DNA of 64,000 nucleotides from Pseudomonadota bacterium (GTDB lineage Bacteria > Desulfobacterota > Desulfobulbia > Desulfobulbales > SURF-16), in NCBI GenBank assembly GCA_018816555.1, contig JAHIVT010000091.1, positions 1,478-65,477 of the forward strand. Reading direction: 5' to 3'. The position numbers and the translations under genes were made by a program. Under the pieces are notes generated by a model that had not been told where the DNA came from, did no database searches, and saw nothing but the letters and a program-made list of their open reading frames with translations. How positions within the stretch are numbered: the first letter of the stretch is position 1; each line of letters starts with the position of its first letter. Positions 20,104 to 33,205 of the stretch are shown here, in pieces.

Positions 20104-21225
20104 ATGAAGGTAAAAAACTCTCACTACCGTACCATCTGGCCCGATGCCGAAGATAACACCATCATCAAGATAATTGATCAACGCCTTCTTCCCCACCGCT
20201 TTATCATCGAAGAGCTGCGCACGGTGGACGATTTCTGCCTGGCCATCCGGGATATGCATGTGAGGGGCGCCGGCCTGATCGGGGCAACCGCAGGCTATGC
20301 CATGTATTGCGCCGCCCTTGCCGCTCCCCAGGGAGAAGCTGACTCCTATTTCAAGGAGGCCGCGCAAAGGCTGGTTGCCACCCGACCCACGGCCAAAAAT
20401 CTCGCCTGGGCGGTGGAAAGGCAGCTCTCGCAAATCAGCCCGGAAAAAGACAGGGAAGGACGCATCAAAAAATCCTTTCAGGTGGCCTGCGAGATCGCCG
20501 ACGAGGATGCCTCCTTTTGTCAACAAATCGGAGAACACGGGCTGAAACTTATTGCTGCAATCAGCAAAAAAAAAGGAGGAAAGCCGATCAATATTCTCAC
20601 CCACTGCAATGCCGGCTGGCTGGCCTTTGTCGATTACGGTTCAGCCACGGCGCCGATATATGCGGCCCATCACACCGGCATCAAGGTCCATGTGTATGTG
20701 GATGAGACAAGACCGTGGCTGCAGGGTGCCCGACTGACAGCCTGGGAGCTCAAAGAAGAAGGGGTTCCCCATACCCTGATCGCCGACAACACCGGCGGCC
20801 ATCTCATGCAGCACGGCATGGTGGACATGGTCATTGTCGGCACGGACCGCACCACCTATACCGGTGATGTGGCCAACAAAATCGGCACCTATCTTAAGGC
20901 CCTTGCCGCCAAAGACAACAACATCCCCTTTTACGTGGCCCTGCCATCCTCCACCTTTGACTGGGAGATTGAAGACGGCCTCCGCCAGATCCCCATTGAA
21001 GAACGCTCCGGCGATGAGGTGAATTACGTCACCGGCCTGACCCGGGACAAAAAGATTGAAACGGTTCTGGTGCCGCCGGAACATACCCGATCGGTGAATT
21101 TCGGCTTTGACGTCACGCCGGCCAGGCTTGTGACCGCTCTCATCACCGAACGGGGGGTGGTTGCGGCTGACCGGGATGAAATTTTACGGATGTTTCCGGA
21201 GAAAAAGGAAAGCAAGAACTCCTGA
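20104..21225 (+). CDS. mtnA: S-methyl-5-thioribose-1-phosphate isomerase (eIF-2B family)
   Basis: 373 aa. Family motifs VRGAG.IG, ILTHCNAG and VIVGTDR. Confidence 0.88.
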   Translation: MKVKNSHYRTIWPDAEDNTIIKIIDQRLLPHRFIIEELRTVDDFCLAIRDMHVRGAGLIGATAGYAMYCAALAAPQGEADSYFKEAAQRLVATRPTAKNLAWAVERQLSQISPEKDREGRIKKSFQVACEIADEDASFCQQIGEHGLKLIAAISKKKGGKPINILTHCNAGWLAFVDYGSATAPIYAAHHTGIKVHVYVDETRPWLQGARLTAWELKEEGVPHTLIADNTGGHLMQHGMVDMVIVGTDRTTYTGDVANKIGTYLKALAAKDNNIPFYVALPSSTFDWEIEDGLRQIPIEERSGDEVNYVTGLTRDKKIETVLVPPEHTRSVNFGFDVTPARLVTALITERGVVAADRDEILRMFPEKKESKNS

Positions 21226-21286
21226 AGTCGTAAAGTAATTTAAATGAATTATGCCACCATCTCAGATTCAGGCCTGTTACCAGTTT

Positions 21287-21407
21287 GAGTGCCTAAAATA
21301 CTTAAAGTGCCTAAAGTTAGAGGAGTTATCTGATCAGAAAGTACCGCAACTTCAAGTATTTTATACCCTCAAGGGGCACAAGGGCATTTCAAGTACTTTA
21401 GGCACTC
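21287..21407. repeat. 121-bp AT-rich element bounded by 17-bp inverted repeats (1 mismatch)
   Basis: GAGTGCCTAAAATACTT (21287-21303) pairs with AAGTACTTTAGGCACTC (21391-21407). An extra direct copy GTGCCTAAAGT lies at 21307-21317. Located between convergent genes. Confidence 0.6.
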
Positions 21408-21465
21408 TTCTCGAACACCAATTTAAGTATCAAAAGTAAATCTGCCAATATCAGGTTGTCTGAAA

Positions 21466-22581
21466 TTAAAGGCTTGTGATTACCCGGTCATGAAACAGGG
21501 GTCTGAACTGTCTTATCAGATTGTTCTCCCGGGAAGGGTGTACCCGGTTGGTCAGCAGCACCATCACCAGTTGCCGCTGCGGATCGATCCAGAAAGAGGT
21601 GCCGGTGAAGCCCAGATGGCCGACACTGTCTCGGCTGATAAAGCTGCCGGCGGATGAACCGATCGGTGAAGGGGTATCAAAGCCCAGAGCCCAGGAGCTT
21701 CCGCTTACCATATCCTGCCGCTTAAAAAATTCTCTGAGCAGTTCGCCCGAGAAAAGGGGATGAGAGGCTTGGTCCTGCCAGACCTCGAGCAGAAAGGATG
21801 CCAGAAAGAGTACACTGTCAATGGCCCCGAACAGACCTGCCTGCCCTGATACCCCTCCCACCGCATAGGTGTTATCGTCATGCACCTCCCCTGCCAGCAC
21901 CTTACCCCGCCATGGACAGTTTTCCGTGGCGGCAAAATCCTCTTTATCTTTTTGCAGGGGATTAAAGACAATCGTGTCCCCCAGCCCCAGAGGGGCCATT
22001 ACCTTTTCCCTGACAAAGATGTCTAGCGGTAAGCCTGACTGAATCTCAACGATCATTCCCAGCAGAATAAAGCCTAAATCACTGTACAGGGCTTTGCTGC
22101 CCACCGGCCAACAGAGTTCATCCGCCAAAATGAGGCTAAGAAGAGTATTTTTTCTCTCCTGTTCGGCAACAGTTACGAGTTGTTGATAAAAAGGATGGTG
22201 ATCGGCCAGGCCGGAACAGTGATTGAGCAGATGGCGCAGGGTAATATTTTTTTTATCAGGCGGCACATCCCGCCGCAGAAGCGAAGGCAGGGACTCATCC
22301 AGATGTATCTTCTTTGACTGCACCAGACAGATGAGAGCAAGGGTTGTGGCAAAAGGTTTGGTCAATGAGGCAAGGTCAAACAGGGTCTCTTTTCGCAGTA
22401 TTTTTTGCCTGGGGAAAAGAGAGGAATGGCCCCAGACGGCTGAGAAAGACTTTTTCAGTGGGCCGCAGTTTACAGATACACCAACAGCCGCACCGGGAAA
22501 AACCTTGCCCCTGATGGCATCATTGATAAGCGGATCTAAATTTTCATATAAGCCGGCAGCAAAAGAACCATCATCCTTCAA
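21466..22581 (-). CDS. Serine hydrolase (beta-lactamase/PBP-like family)
   Basis: SxxK motif (ASLTKPF), a downstream YSD/YxN-like motif, and HLGFTG near the C-terminus. Overlaps the mreB stop by 4 nt. Confidence 0.8.
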   Translation of the reverse strand: MKDDGSFAAGLYENLDPLINDAIRGKVFPGAAVGVSVNCGPLKKSFSAVWGHSSLFPRQKILRKETLFDLASLTKPFATTLALICLVQSKKIHLDESLPSLLRRDVPPDKKNITLRHLLNHCSGLADHHPFYQQLVTVAEQERKNTLLSLILADELCWPVGSKALYSDLGFILLGMIVEIQSGLPLDIFVREKVMAPLGLGDTIVFNPLQKDKEDFAATENCPWRGKVLAGEVHDDNTYAVGGVSGQAGLFGAIDSVLFLASFLLEVWQDQASHPLFSGELLREFFKRQDMVSGSSWALGFDTPSPIGSSAGSFISRDSVGHLGFTGTSFWIDPQRQLVMVLLTNRVHPSRENNLIRQFRPLFHDRVITSL

Positions 22582-23597
22582 TTGATAAAAACCTTTTTGT
22601 AATCCTTCAGGTTTTCCAGGGCAATGCCGCTGCCCATGGCAATAGCCAGCAGCGGATCCTGGGTCAGGTGACAGGGAATTTTTGTTGTCTCTTCTATGAG
22701 GGTATTTAAGCCGCGCAGCAGTGAACCGCCACCGGCCATATAAATACCATCTTCATAAATATCCGTCACCAGTTCGGTGGGAGTTTTGTCCAGGGCCCTT
22801 CGCACTGAATCGACGATGGCATTTACCGGCTCCTGCATGGCAATTCTTATTTCCTGGGGCGTTAAGGTAACCTCCTTCGGAGTGCTGGTGATGGCGTTTT
22901 TGCCAATAAGGGTATAAGGTTCCAGTGTTGGGATATCGATGGCCGACCCGGCTGCTATCTTGCACTTTTCAGCGGTGTTTTCACCTATATAAATCTTATG
23001 ATTGTTAAAGAGATGACGGATGATCGCGTCATTGAGTTCGTCTCCTGCCACCCGCAATGATTCACAATAGGCCACAGACGACATGGTAATGACGGCAACC
23101 TCCGATGTGCCGCCCCCGATGTCTATGATCATCCTTCCCTTGTTCTGGAAAACATCAAGTCCTGAGCCGATGGCGGCGGCCATCGGTTCTTCAATAAGAT
23201 ACACCTTGCCGCAACCCACCTGTTCCGCTGCCTCAATAACCGCCTTTTTTTCTACCTGGGTTATGCCGGTGGGTACACAGATAACCACTGACGGCTTAAA
23301 AAAACGGCTCATTCTCTGAATTTTCAGAAAAAAACTTCTTATCATGGCCTGGGTGATGACAAAATCGGCTATCACACCATCTTTCAATGGTCGAATGGCG
23401 CTGATATGCTGGGGTGTTCTTCCCAGATATTTTTTTGCCGCCGCTCCCACAGCCAGAATTTCTTTTGTATAGGTATTATAAGCCACCACCGAAGGCTCAT
23501 TCAGCACTATACCAGATCCCTTTAAAAAGATTAGGGTGTTGGCTGTGCCGAGATCCATTGCCATGTTTTTTGAAAACAACGCGGGAAATATACTCAT
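22578..23597 (-). CDS. mreB: Rod shape-determining protein MreB
   Basis: Actin-fold motifs DLGTANT, EPMAAAIG and DIGGGTSE. 339 aa. Confidence 0.93.
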   Translation of the reverse strand: MSIFPALFSKNMAMDLGTANTLIFLKGSGIVLNEPSVVAYNTYTKEILAVGAAAKKYLGRTPQHISAIRPLKDGVIADFVITQAMIRSFFLKIQRMSRFFKPSVVICVPTGITQVEKKAVIEAAEQVGCGKVYLIEEPMAAAIGSGLDVFQNKGRMIIDIGGGTSEVAVITMSSVAYCESLRVAGDELNDAIIRHLFNNHKIYIGENTAEKCKIAAGSAIDIPTLEPYTLIGKNAITSTPKEVTLTPQEIRIAMQEPVNAIVDSVRRALDKTPTELVTDIYEDGIYMAGGGSLLRGLNTLIEETTKIPCHLTQDPLLAIAMGSGIALENLKDYKKVFIN

Positions 23598-24535
23598 TTT
23601 TTGTTAAGATATTCCTTAAAGAAAAGGTTGCTGAGAAGAGTCATGGTCTTTTTTTCTTTGGCAATCCACTTTTCATTGGCTTTTTTTACAAAAGCCAATG
23701 CACCTGCCTTTTTATTTTTTTTGGAAATAAGCGGCAGACACAAAAAATTTGTTACATTTTCAAAAGGTTCCTCTTTATTAACAATAAAGGATTTTTCGCT
23801 TCTGCTTAATTTTTCTAAAAAGAGCTCTTTTTTATTTTTTAATACCCAACCCATCAAACCGTATTGATCAAAATAATCATACGATAACTCTTTATAAATA
23901 CTTTTATTATTTATTTTGCAGGTAAAATATACAATTTTCTCTTCATAAACAAAAACAACCGCTTCCAGATAAATTATTGCAACCAGTAACTCTAAAAATT
24001 CCTTGGCAAATTCATTCTTGTCCTTGGTATGGACAATTATTTCATTGGCATTGAGTGATAAAGTCAAAAGATTGTCCAATATATTTTTTTCATTTATCTC
24101 TTTTTCTGCATTGATTATTGAGACCAAAACCTGAGCCATCTGCTTCAAAATTTTTTCCTTTTCTTCGGTGAAAACATAGCTTTTTTTGCTGTCAACACAG
24201 AGCACCCCATGATTTTCAGGCAAGGGGATGGCTACCAACGATTTTATATCTTCATCCTTTTCATAAAATTTCAGCGTGGTTGCATCTCTTTTATCGAAAT
24301 AACTGGCCAGTACCGATTTCTGTTCCCTGAAAACCCAACCAATAATACCTTCTCCGTTCAGCACCTTACAGTCCTTTTTAATATTCCGGCTGAGTGAATG
24401 ATAATAATAAAGAATTACCCCCTCGGCATCACTGTCATCAGCTAAAAAAAGACTGGTTGTATACGACTCCATGGTGTTGGAAATCAGTTCGATAAATTCG
24501 TATATCCGGGGCATTGCTTTCATAGGAAAAGACAC
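23594..24535 (-). CDS. Tandem GAF-like domain protein (function unknown)
   Basis: 313 aa and strongly AT-rich. Both halves show the GAF pattern (GEGIIGWV...LVAIPL..., then GLMGWV...FLCLPL...). Overlaps the mreB start by 4 nt, suggesting an operon. Confidence 0.6.
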   Translation of the reverse strand: MSFPMKAMPRIYEFIELISNTMESYTTSLFLADDSDAEGVILYYYHSLSRNIKKDCKVLNGEGIIGWVFREQKSVLASYFDKRDATTLKFYEKDEDIKSLVAIPLPENHGVLCVDSKKSYVFTEEKEKILKQMAQVLVSIINAEKEINEKNILDNLLTLSLNANEIIVHTKDKNEFAKEFLELLVAIIYLEAVVFVYEEKIVYFTCKINNKSIYKELSYDYFDQYGLMGWVLKNKKELFLEKLSRSEKSFIVNKEEPFENVTNFLCLPLISKKNKKAGALAFVKKANEKWIAKEKKTMTLLSNLFFKEYLNKK

Positions 24536-24939
24536 TCTAAAAATTAAAAGATTAACTGTCTAATTTTATTATTATTTTTTATGTATTGGTACAAATATGT
24601 TGAGCATACTATTATTATTGAATTTTTCTCGTTTTTAAACTATAGTTTTGACACGTAACATTTTGTTTTTCAGAGTAAATTATTAGGTTAACCGACACTT
24701 TTTTGGGTAAGGTGTTTATTTTGTTTTGATAACATGTTGAAAACTTTTTTCCCTTATTTTTTTCACCTTTTTTCAAAACTCTATTTTTATTAAAATAAAT
24801 AATAAAATTAGATCTTTACGTTAGTTTCTAACATTATAACAGATTTAATAATAATAGAATAAATTTTAATATATATCTTATTTTTTATACTTCCCCGGTT
24901 AAAAAACATCTCCGTCAGCCAAACAAAAAAGGATTTACC

Positions 24940-26070
24940 ATGTCTCTTATTCTTAATATCGCCAGAGAAGATTTTATATATGCTCTTTCCTCCATGCAGA
25001 ATGTTACTGGAAAACCAGGTACGATTGCTATTTTGGGAAATGTTCTTCTTCGCAGTGCTAACGATTCGCTTGAACTGACAGGGACAGACCTGGAAGTCGG
25101 TATCCGACAGATAATACCGGCAGAGATACTTTCCCAGGGATCCATCACCCTGCCTTCAAAAAAACTTTTTGAAATAGTGAGGGAATCCAACTCAGCGCAT
25201 ATTTATATCGAGGAGATAGAAAATAACTGGGTAAAAATAAAGGCGGATTCAAGTGATTACAATCTGGCAGGAATGGCGAGTGATGAATTCCCCTCTTTTC
25301 CTGAACACAAAGAAGAATCCCTTATCGAAATAGATGCCGAGAATATAAAAGATCTTATTGAAAAAACGATTTTTTCCGTCGCCTTGGACACGGAAAGTAA
25401 TTTTACCCTGACAGGAATCCTGGTAGAAAAAGAAATAAAGGAAGATAAAAGATATCTGCGTATGGTATCCTCTGACGGTCACCGACTCTCTCTGATGAAA
25501 AAAGAGGTGAAAGGTGATATTTCTCTGTTTAATCTTGATAAAACCACCATTATTCCCAGAAAAGGGGTCCAGGAAATAAAAAAATTCTGTGAACACCATG
25601 AAACCCTTTTTATTGGATTTGAAGAAAAACAAGTAGTTATCAAGGGCGATCACGCCATTCTCATCATCCGTCTCATGAACGGTGATTTTCCTGATTTCCG
25701 CAATCTTCTGCAGATAATCAACAAAGAAAAATTCATAGAAATCAATAGACTCGTTCTGCTGAATGCCATGCGGCGCATGAATCTTTTTACCGAAGACAGA
25801 TTCAATGTCGTCAAATGCCATATTGAAGATAATGAAATAAAATTAAGTTCCCAGAGTATGGATTTAGGAAATGCCCAGGAAGTTCATCCTGTCAAGTACA
25901 CGGGAGATTCAATAAAACTCGGATTTAACGGCAAATACTTCATTGATACCCTGCAGGTTATGACATGTGAAGAAGTCAAACTTTTTATTGAGGGGAAAGA
26001 CAGACCTTGTCTTGTCTACTCTGAAAATGAACCTGATTTTATCAGCATTATTATGCCCATGGAAATTTGA
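24940..26070 (+). CDS. dnaN: DNA polymerase III beta sliding clamp
   Basis: 376 aa, the length of a three-domain clamp. Family-typical N-terminus and C-terminal ...IIMPMEI ending. Followed by gyrB. Confidence 0.92.
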   Translation: MSLILNIAREDFIYALSSMQNVTGKPGTIAILGNVLLRSANDSLELTGTDLEVGIRQIIPAEILSQGSITLPSKKLFEIVRESNSAHIYIEEIENNWVKIKADSSDYNLAGMASDEFPSFPEHKEESLIEIDAENIKDLIEKTIFSVALDTESNFTLTGILVEKEIKEDKRYLRMVSSDGHRLSLMKKEVKGDISLFNLDKTTIIPRKGVQEIKKFCEHHETLFIGFEEKQVVIKGDHAILIIRLMNGDFPDFRNLLQIINKEKFIEINRLVLLNAMRRMNLFTEDRFNVVKCHIEDNEIKLSSQSMDLGNAQEVHPVKYTGDSIKLGFNGKYFIDTLQVMTCEEVKLFIEGKDRPCLVYSENEPDFISIIMPMEI

Positions 26071-26197
26071 TTATTCATACCTTCCCATGCGGTGAATCAT
26101 GAAAAACTCCGGATAAACCGGAGTAAAAAGTTTAATAAACCAGTTTAAAAGTATGTATCCTTTGAATTTTTTTATTATTTCAACGGATTACACGTAA

Positions 26198-28618
<2,421 letters not shown>

Positions 28619-28806
28619 TGGTTTTCAGGCAATTTCACCAGACATCGCCGGGTATAAGCTTATTCGTCAAAGAAGCGCTTTTATATCAGGCAAGAGGCTC
28701 AATATTAAATAAAAAAGATTTTTTGCGCTTGAAGTGTGCAATTTGTATCAATGGGTAAGGGAAACACTTGGAGCTTCAATACTAATATTTTTGTAAAGCG
28801 ATATTT

Positions 28807-31299
28807 ATGACTGAAAACGAGCAAGTTTTATCACCGACCATTTCCATAGAAAAAGAGCTGAAAAAATCCTATCTCGATTATGCCATGAGCGTCATCATAG
28901 GAAGGGCCCTGCCTGATGTACGGGACGGGCTCAAACCCGTTCATCGCCGCTCTCTTTTTGCCATGCGGGAACTGAGCAATTATCATAACCGCCCCTATCT
29001 GAAATCAGCCAGAATCGTCGGTGATATCATCGGTAAATTTCACCCCCATGGTGATACGGCTGCCTACGATACCATTGTCAGGATGGCCCAGGATTTTTCC
29101 ATGCGTTATCCCCTGGTGGACGGCCAGGGAAACTTTGGTTCCGTTGATGGTGATTCCCCGGCGGCCATGCGTTATACCGAGGCCAGGATGACCAAGTTGG
29201 ATCAGGAAATAATTGCTGATCTGGAAAAAGAAACGGTTGATTTTATCCCGAACTACGATAATTCCTTGGCTGAACCGGTAGTCTTTCCGACCAAAATACC
29301 CAACCTGCTGACAAATGGCTCTTCCGGTATAGCCGTCGGTATGGCGACCAATATCCCGCCGCATAATCTCAATGAGATTATGGATGGGATCATTGCCATG
29401 ATAGATGACCCGCATATTACGGTGAATGGCCTGATGGAGCATATTACCGGGCCGGATTTTCCCACCGGCGGTTTTATCTGCGGCAGGGCCGGCATACGGG
29501 AGGCCTATGAAACCGGACGCGGCTCTGTTTTAATGCGGGCGAGAAGCCATATAGAAAAAAGCAAAAAGATAAATCGCGAATCCATTATTATTGATGAAAT
29601 TCCCTATCAGCAGAACAAGGCAAGACTTGTGGAGAAAATTGCCTTGTTGATCAAGGAAAAAAAGATTGAATCAATTGGCGAGATACGTGATGAGTCAGAC
29701 CGCCACGGCATGCGCATCGTTCTTGAGTTGAAAAAAGATGAGTTTGCCGATGTGGTGCTCAATCAGCTCTACAAGATGACCCCGCTGCAGAAGAGCTTCG
29801 GCATCATATTCTTGAGTATTGTCAATTCCCGGCCGGAAGTTCTTAACCTCAAACAGATGCTGGAGCACTTTATCCAGCACAGAAAAACTGTGGTTTACCG
29901 GCGTACGGATTTTGATCTGAAAAAAGCCGAGGCCAGGGCCCATGTACTGGAAGGACTGACAGTAGCCATCAACAACATGGATGAGGTCGTGGCCCTTATC
30001 CGGGCATCGGCAAATCCGTCGGAAGCCCGCTTGGGACTCATGGAGAGGTTTAATCTCTCCGAGATACAGGCCCAGTCCATCCTTGATATGCGGCTGCAGA
30101 AACTGACAGGGCTGGAACGGGAAAAAATTATCAGCGAACTTAACGAACTGCTGGAAAAAATAGCAGTGTATAAACAAATTTTAACTGATGAAACCCTTGT
30201 CATGAAGATTATCCGGGATGAGTCTCTGGAAATCAAACAACTCTATGGAGATGAACGGCGGACAGAGATCATTGACGCCCCGGATGAGATTCTGCCGGAA
30301 GACATGATCCAGACGGAAGACATGGTGGTAACCGTCACCCATGGCGGCTATATCAAGCGAAATTCCGTTGATCTGTACCGTTCCCAGCGGCGCGGCGGCA
30401 AGGGCATCAAGGGTATCACCGCGGTTGAAGAGGATTTTGTCAACAATCTCTATCTTGCCTCAACCCATGATACCTTCCTATTTTTCACCAACCATGGCAA
30501 AGTTTTCTGGCGTAAGGTTTATGAAATTCCCCTGGCCAGCCGTATTGCCCGAGGCAAGGCCATCGTCAATCTGCTTGAGCTGTCCGAAAATGAGCAGGTG
30601 GCCGCCATTCTGCCGGTTACGAGCTTTGATTGCACCGACAGAGAATGCTATATTCTGATGGTCACCAAAAAGGGTGTGGTGAAGAAAACGGTTATTTCCG
30701 AATTCGCCAGACCGATGCGCAAAGGAAAAATAGCGCTGACCATCAGGGAAGACGATGAAATTATCAGTGCCGCCATTACCAACGGCACAAGTCAGATTCT
30801 TCTGGTATCCCACAAGGGCATGGCTATTCGTTTTAATGAAGATGACGTGAGGAGCATGGGCAGAACAGCCGCCGGCGTGCGCGGCATCAAGCTGGCCAAA
30901 AATGACCATGTGGTGGCCGCAGTGGTCATTGACAGCGATGATTCCATTCTGGTGGTCACGGAAAACGGCTTTGGTAAGAGAAGTCCGGTGGAAGAGTACA
31001 GGCTGATAAAAAGAGGCGGCAAGGGTGTCTATGCCATCAAGCCCAGTGAACGAAACGGCAACATCATCGGCGCCTGCCAGATTACCAAGGAAGATGAGAT
31101 CATGCTCATCACCGATCAGGGCAAAATCATCAGGATGGATATGAGCGCAGTCAGGGTTATCGGTCGAGCCACCCAGGGTGTGACGCTGTTTAATCTGGAA
31201 TCGGGTGAAAAGGTGGTGGCCATGGATATGGTCCCTGCCACCGATGCCGTGGATGAAGATGATGAAGATGGAGAGGAAACGGAAGATCAGAGTTCATGA
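28807..31299 (+). CDS. gyrA: DNA gyrase subunit A
   Basis: HPHGDTAAYDT, catalytic-Tyr segment AAMRYTEARM, C-terminal beta-pinwheel repeats and an acidic tail. 830 aa. Confidence 0.97.
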   Translation: MTENEQVLSPTISIEKELKKSYLDYAMSVIIGRALPDVRDGLKPVHRRSLFAMRELSNYHNRPYLKSARIVGDIIGKFHPHGDTAAYDTIVRMAQDFSMRYPLVDGQGNFGSVDGDSPAAMRYTEARMTKLDQEIIADLEKETVDFIPNYDNSLAEPVVFPTKIPNLLTNGSSGIAVGMATNIPPHNLNEIMDGIIAMIDDPHITVNGLMEHITGPDFPTGGFICGRAGIREAYETGRGSVLMRARSHIEKSKKINRESIIIDEIPYQQNKARLVEKIALLIKEKKIESIGEIRDESDRHGMRIVLELKKDEFADVVLNQLYKMTPLQKSFGIIFLSIVNSRPEVLNLKQMLEHFIQHRKTVVYRRTDFDLKKAEARAHVLEGLTVAINNMDEVVALIRASANPSEARLGLMERFNLSEIQAQSILDMRLQKLTGLEREKIISELNELLEKIAVYKQILTDETLVMKIIRDESLEIKQLYGDERRTEIIDAPDEILPEDMIQTEDMVVTVTHGGYIKRNSVDLYRSQRRGGKGIKGITAVEEDFVNNLYLASTHDTFLFFTNHGKVFWRKVYEIPLASRIARGKAIVNLLELSENEQVAAILPVTSFDCTDRECYILMVTKKGVVKKTVISEFARPMRKGKIALTIREDDEIISAAITNGTSQILLVSHKGMAIRFNEDDVRSMGRTAAGVRGIKLAKNDHVVAAVVIDSDDSILVVTENGFGKRSPVEEYRLIKRGGKGVYAIKPSERNGNIIGACQITKEDEIMLITDQGKIIRMDMSAVRVIGRATQGVTLFNLESGEKVVAMDMVPATDAVDEDDEDGEETEDQSS

Positions 31300-32321
31300 G
31301 CTTACTGCACGAACAATTCATAGCGGTGATCGGGGCGGGAAGCTGGGGTACCGCCCTGGCAAAGCTGCTCGGCGATAAGGGTCACAGGGTCCATTTATGG
31401 GCCCATCGGCCGGAGCGGGTCGATGCCATCAACCGGGAGCGGGAAAATAAAAAATATCTTCCCGGCTTTACCTTAAATGAAAAGGTACAAGCCTCTTCGA
31501 CCCTTAAAGAGGTAATCAGCGGCAAAAAATTTATTCTCATGGTGGTTCCTTCCCATGTTTTTCGCGCTGTTTTCCAGCAGCTTGTCCCTTTTCTCGGCAA
31601 AGAATGCATCGTGGTTTCCGCCACCAAGGGCATAGAAAACGACAGTCTGATGACCATGAGCCAGGTAATGGAAGACGAACTCGGTAGAAACGGCATAAAT
31701 GCCGAGATCGGCGTTCTCACCGGGCCGTCCTTTGCCAAGGAGGTGGCAGCCGGTATTCCCACCGCCGTCACGGTGGCGGCCCGGAAAAAGGAGGTGGCGG
31801 CCCGGATTCAGGATATCTTTTTCACCGAGAGGTTTCGGGTTTATGCCAGCACAGATCTGATCGGCCAGGAACTCGGAGCGGCACTGAAAAATATCGTGGC
31901 CATTGCCGCGGGTATCAGTGACGGGCTGGGTTACGGCACCAATACCAGAGCCGCTCTGATCACCAGGGGGCTCGCCGAAATAACCCGGCTGGGAGTGAAG
32001 ATGGGGGCAAATCCTCTGACCTTTTCGGGGCTGGGCGGTATGGGTGATCTTGTTCTCACCTGCACGGGGGATTTAAGCCGCAACAGAACGGTGGGACTAA
32101 AACTGGGCCAGGGTAAAAAGCTGCAGACCATTCTTGCTGAGATGGAAATGGTGGCCGAAGGGGTGAAGACTACCAGATCCGCCTGGAAGCTTGCCCGGCG
32201 GGAAGGGGTTGATATGCCGATTCTCGAGCAGATCTATAAGGTGCTTTACGAGGATAAACCATGCCAGCAGGCCGTGATGTCACTGCTGACCAGGGATCAG
32301 AAAGAGGAGATGGAATATTAA
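31296..32321 (+). CDS. gpsA: NAD(P)H-dependent glycerol-3-phosphate dehydrogenase
   Basis: Rossmann motif GAGSWGTALA and family motifs KGIE and GDL.LTC....SRN. 341 aa. Confidence 0.93.
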   Translation: MSLLHEQFIAVIGAGSWGTALAKLLGDKGHRVHLWAHRPERVDAINRERENKKYLPGFTLNEKVQASSTLKEVISGKKFILMVVPSHVFRAVFQQLVPFLGKECIVVSATKGIENDSLMTMSQVMEDELGRNGINAEIGVLTGPSFAKEVAAGIPTAVTVAARKKEVAARIQDIFFTERFRVYASTDLIGQELGAALKNIVAIAAGISDGLGYGTNTRAALITRGLAEITRLGVKMGANPLTFSGLGGMGDLVLTCTGDLSRNRTVGLKLGQGKKLQTILAEMEMVAEGVKTTRSAWKLARREGVDMPILEQIYKVLYEDKPCQQAVMSLLTRDQKEEMEY

Positions 32322-32365
32322 GCAGGAGCGGTTTGGGTAAGGGAGGTTCGCGAAACGCCCCTACA

Positions 32366-33205
32366 TTACGCTTTCCCCCATTTCTTCTTTAAGGCAATAA
32401 TGAAGAAGTAGACCATGCCGGCCATGATGATGATGGTGGCTCCTGCCGGAAAATCCAGTTGATAACTGATAGCCAGTCCGCCGGTTGTACACAGCAGGCA
32501 GAGACATATCGCGGTCACCATCATATGCCAGAGCCGCGTGACCAGCAAACCGGCCCCGGCGGCGGGCAGGGTCAGCATGGCCACCACCATGACAATACCC
32601 ACCACCTGCACCAGCAGCACCACCGTGAGGGCGATCATCAGCAGAAGCAGAAGATCGAACAGCTCAACCCTGATGCCGCTGATTCTGGCAAACTCTTCGT
32701 CAAAACAGACGGAAATCAGTTTGTTGTAAAAGACAAGAACCACTCCGACAATGATCAGATCAAGTATGCCGATGAGAAGAAGATCCCTTTGCGAAACCAT
32801 CAGGATATCGCCGAACAGATAACTCATCAGATCTTCGTTGTACCCGCCGGTCCTGCTGATAAAAAAAATACCGACCGCCATGCCGATGGACCAGATGGCG
32901 CTCAGTACAGTATCTTCCCGCTGGCTGCTGTGGTGTTTGACCATGGCAATGAGGAATGCCGCAAGCAGTGCTGCGGCCACAGCTCCCTGCAAGGGGGTGA
33001 CGGGAAAGGCGTATTCCTTCTGCAGGAAGCGGGCGGCCCCCATACCGCCAAGGGTGCAATGGGCAATGGCGCCGGCAATATAGGTTATGCGACGCACCGT
33101 CACATAGGAGCCGATGATGCCGCAGGAAATGGAGGTCAGAAGTCCTGCAATCAGGGCGTATTGCAGAAAGGAATATGTTTGCAAGTCTCTTAAAAATTGA
33201 CCCAT
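32366..33205 (-). CDS. Metal (Zn/Mn-type) ABC transporter permease, ABC-3 family
   Basis: 279 aa, multi-TM, with ZnuB/MntB-like sequence. Overlaps the upstream ATPase gene. Confidence 0.87.
   Translation of the reverse strand: MGQFLRDLQTYSFLQYALIAGLLTSISCGIIGSYVTVRRITYIAGAIAHCTLGGMGAARFLQKEYAFPVTPLQGAVAAALLAAFLIAMVKHHSSQREDTVLSAIWSIGMAVGIFFISRTGGYNEDLMSYLFGDILMVSQRDLLLIGILDLIIVGVVLVFYNKLISVCFDEEFARISGIRVELFDLLLLLMIALTVVLLVQVVGIVMVVAMLTLPAAGAGLLVTRLWHMMVTAICLCLLCTTGGLAISYQLDFPAGATIIIMAGMVYFFIIALKKKWGKA

Noticed and set aside
21251-21439. 62-aa plus-strand ORF
   Set aside because: It spans the inverted-repeat element between convergent genes. There is no ribosome-binding site and the peptide is repeat-derived (CLKYLKCLK).
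24536-24939. AT-rich spacer upstream of dnaN as the chromosomal origin (oriC)
   Set aside because: I could not find clustered TTATCCACA-like DnaA boxes by eye on either strand, and dnaA is absent. It is kept only as a question in the findings.
26103-26125. Hairpin ACTCCGG-ATAAA-CCGGAGT after dnaN as its terminator
   Set aside because: On the plus strand it is followed by an A-run, not a U-tract. The T-run is on the opposite strand, where no gene ends, so no terminator is called.
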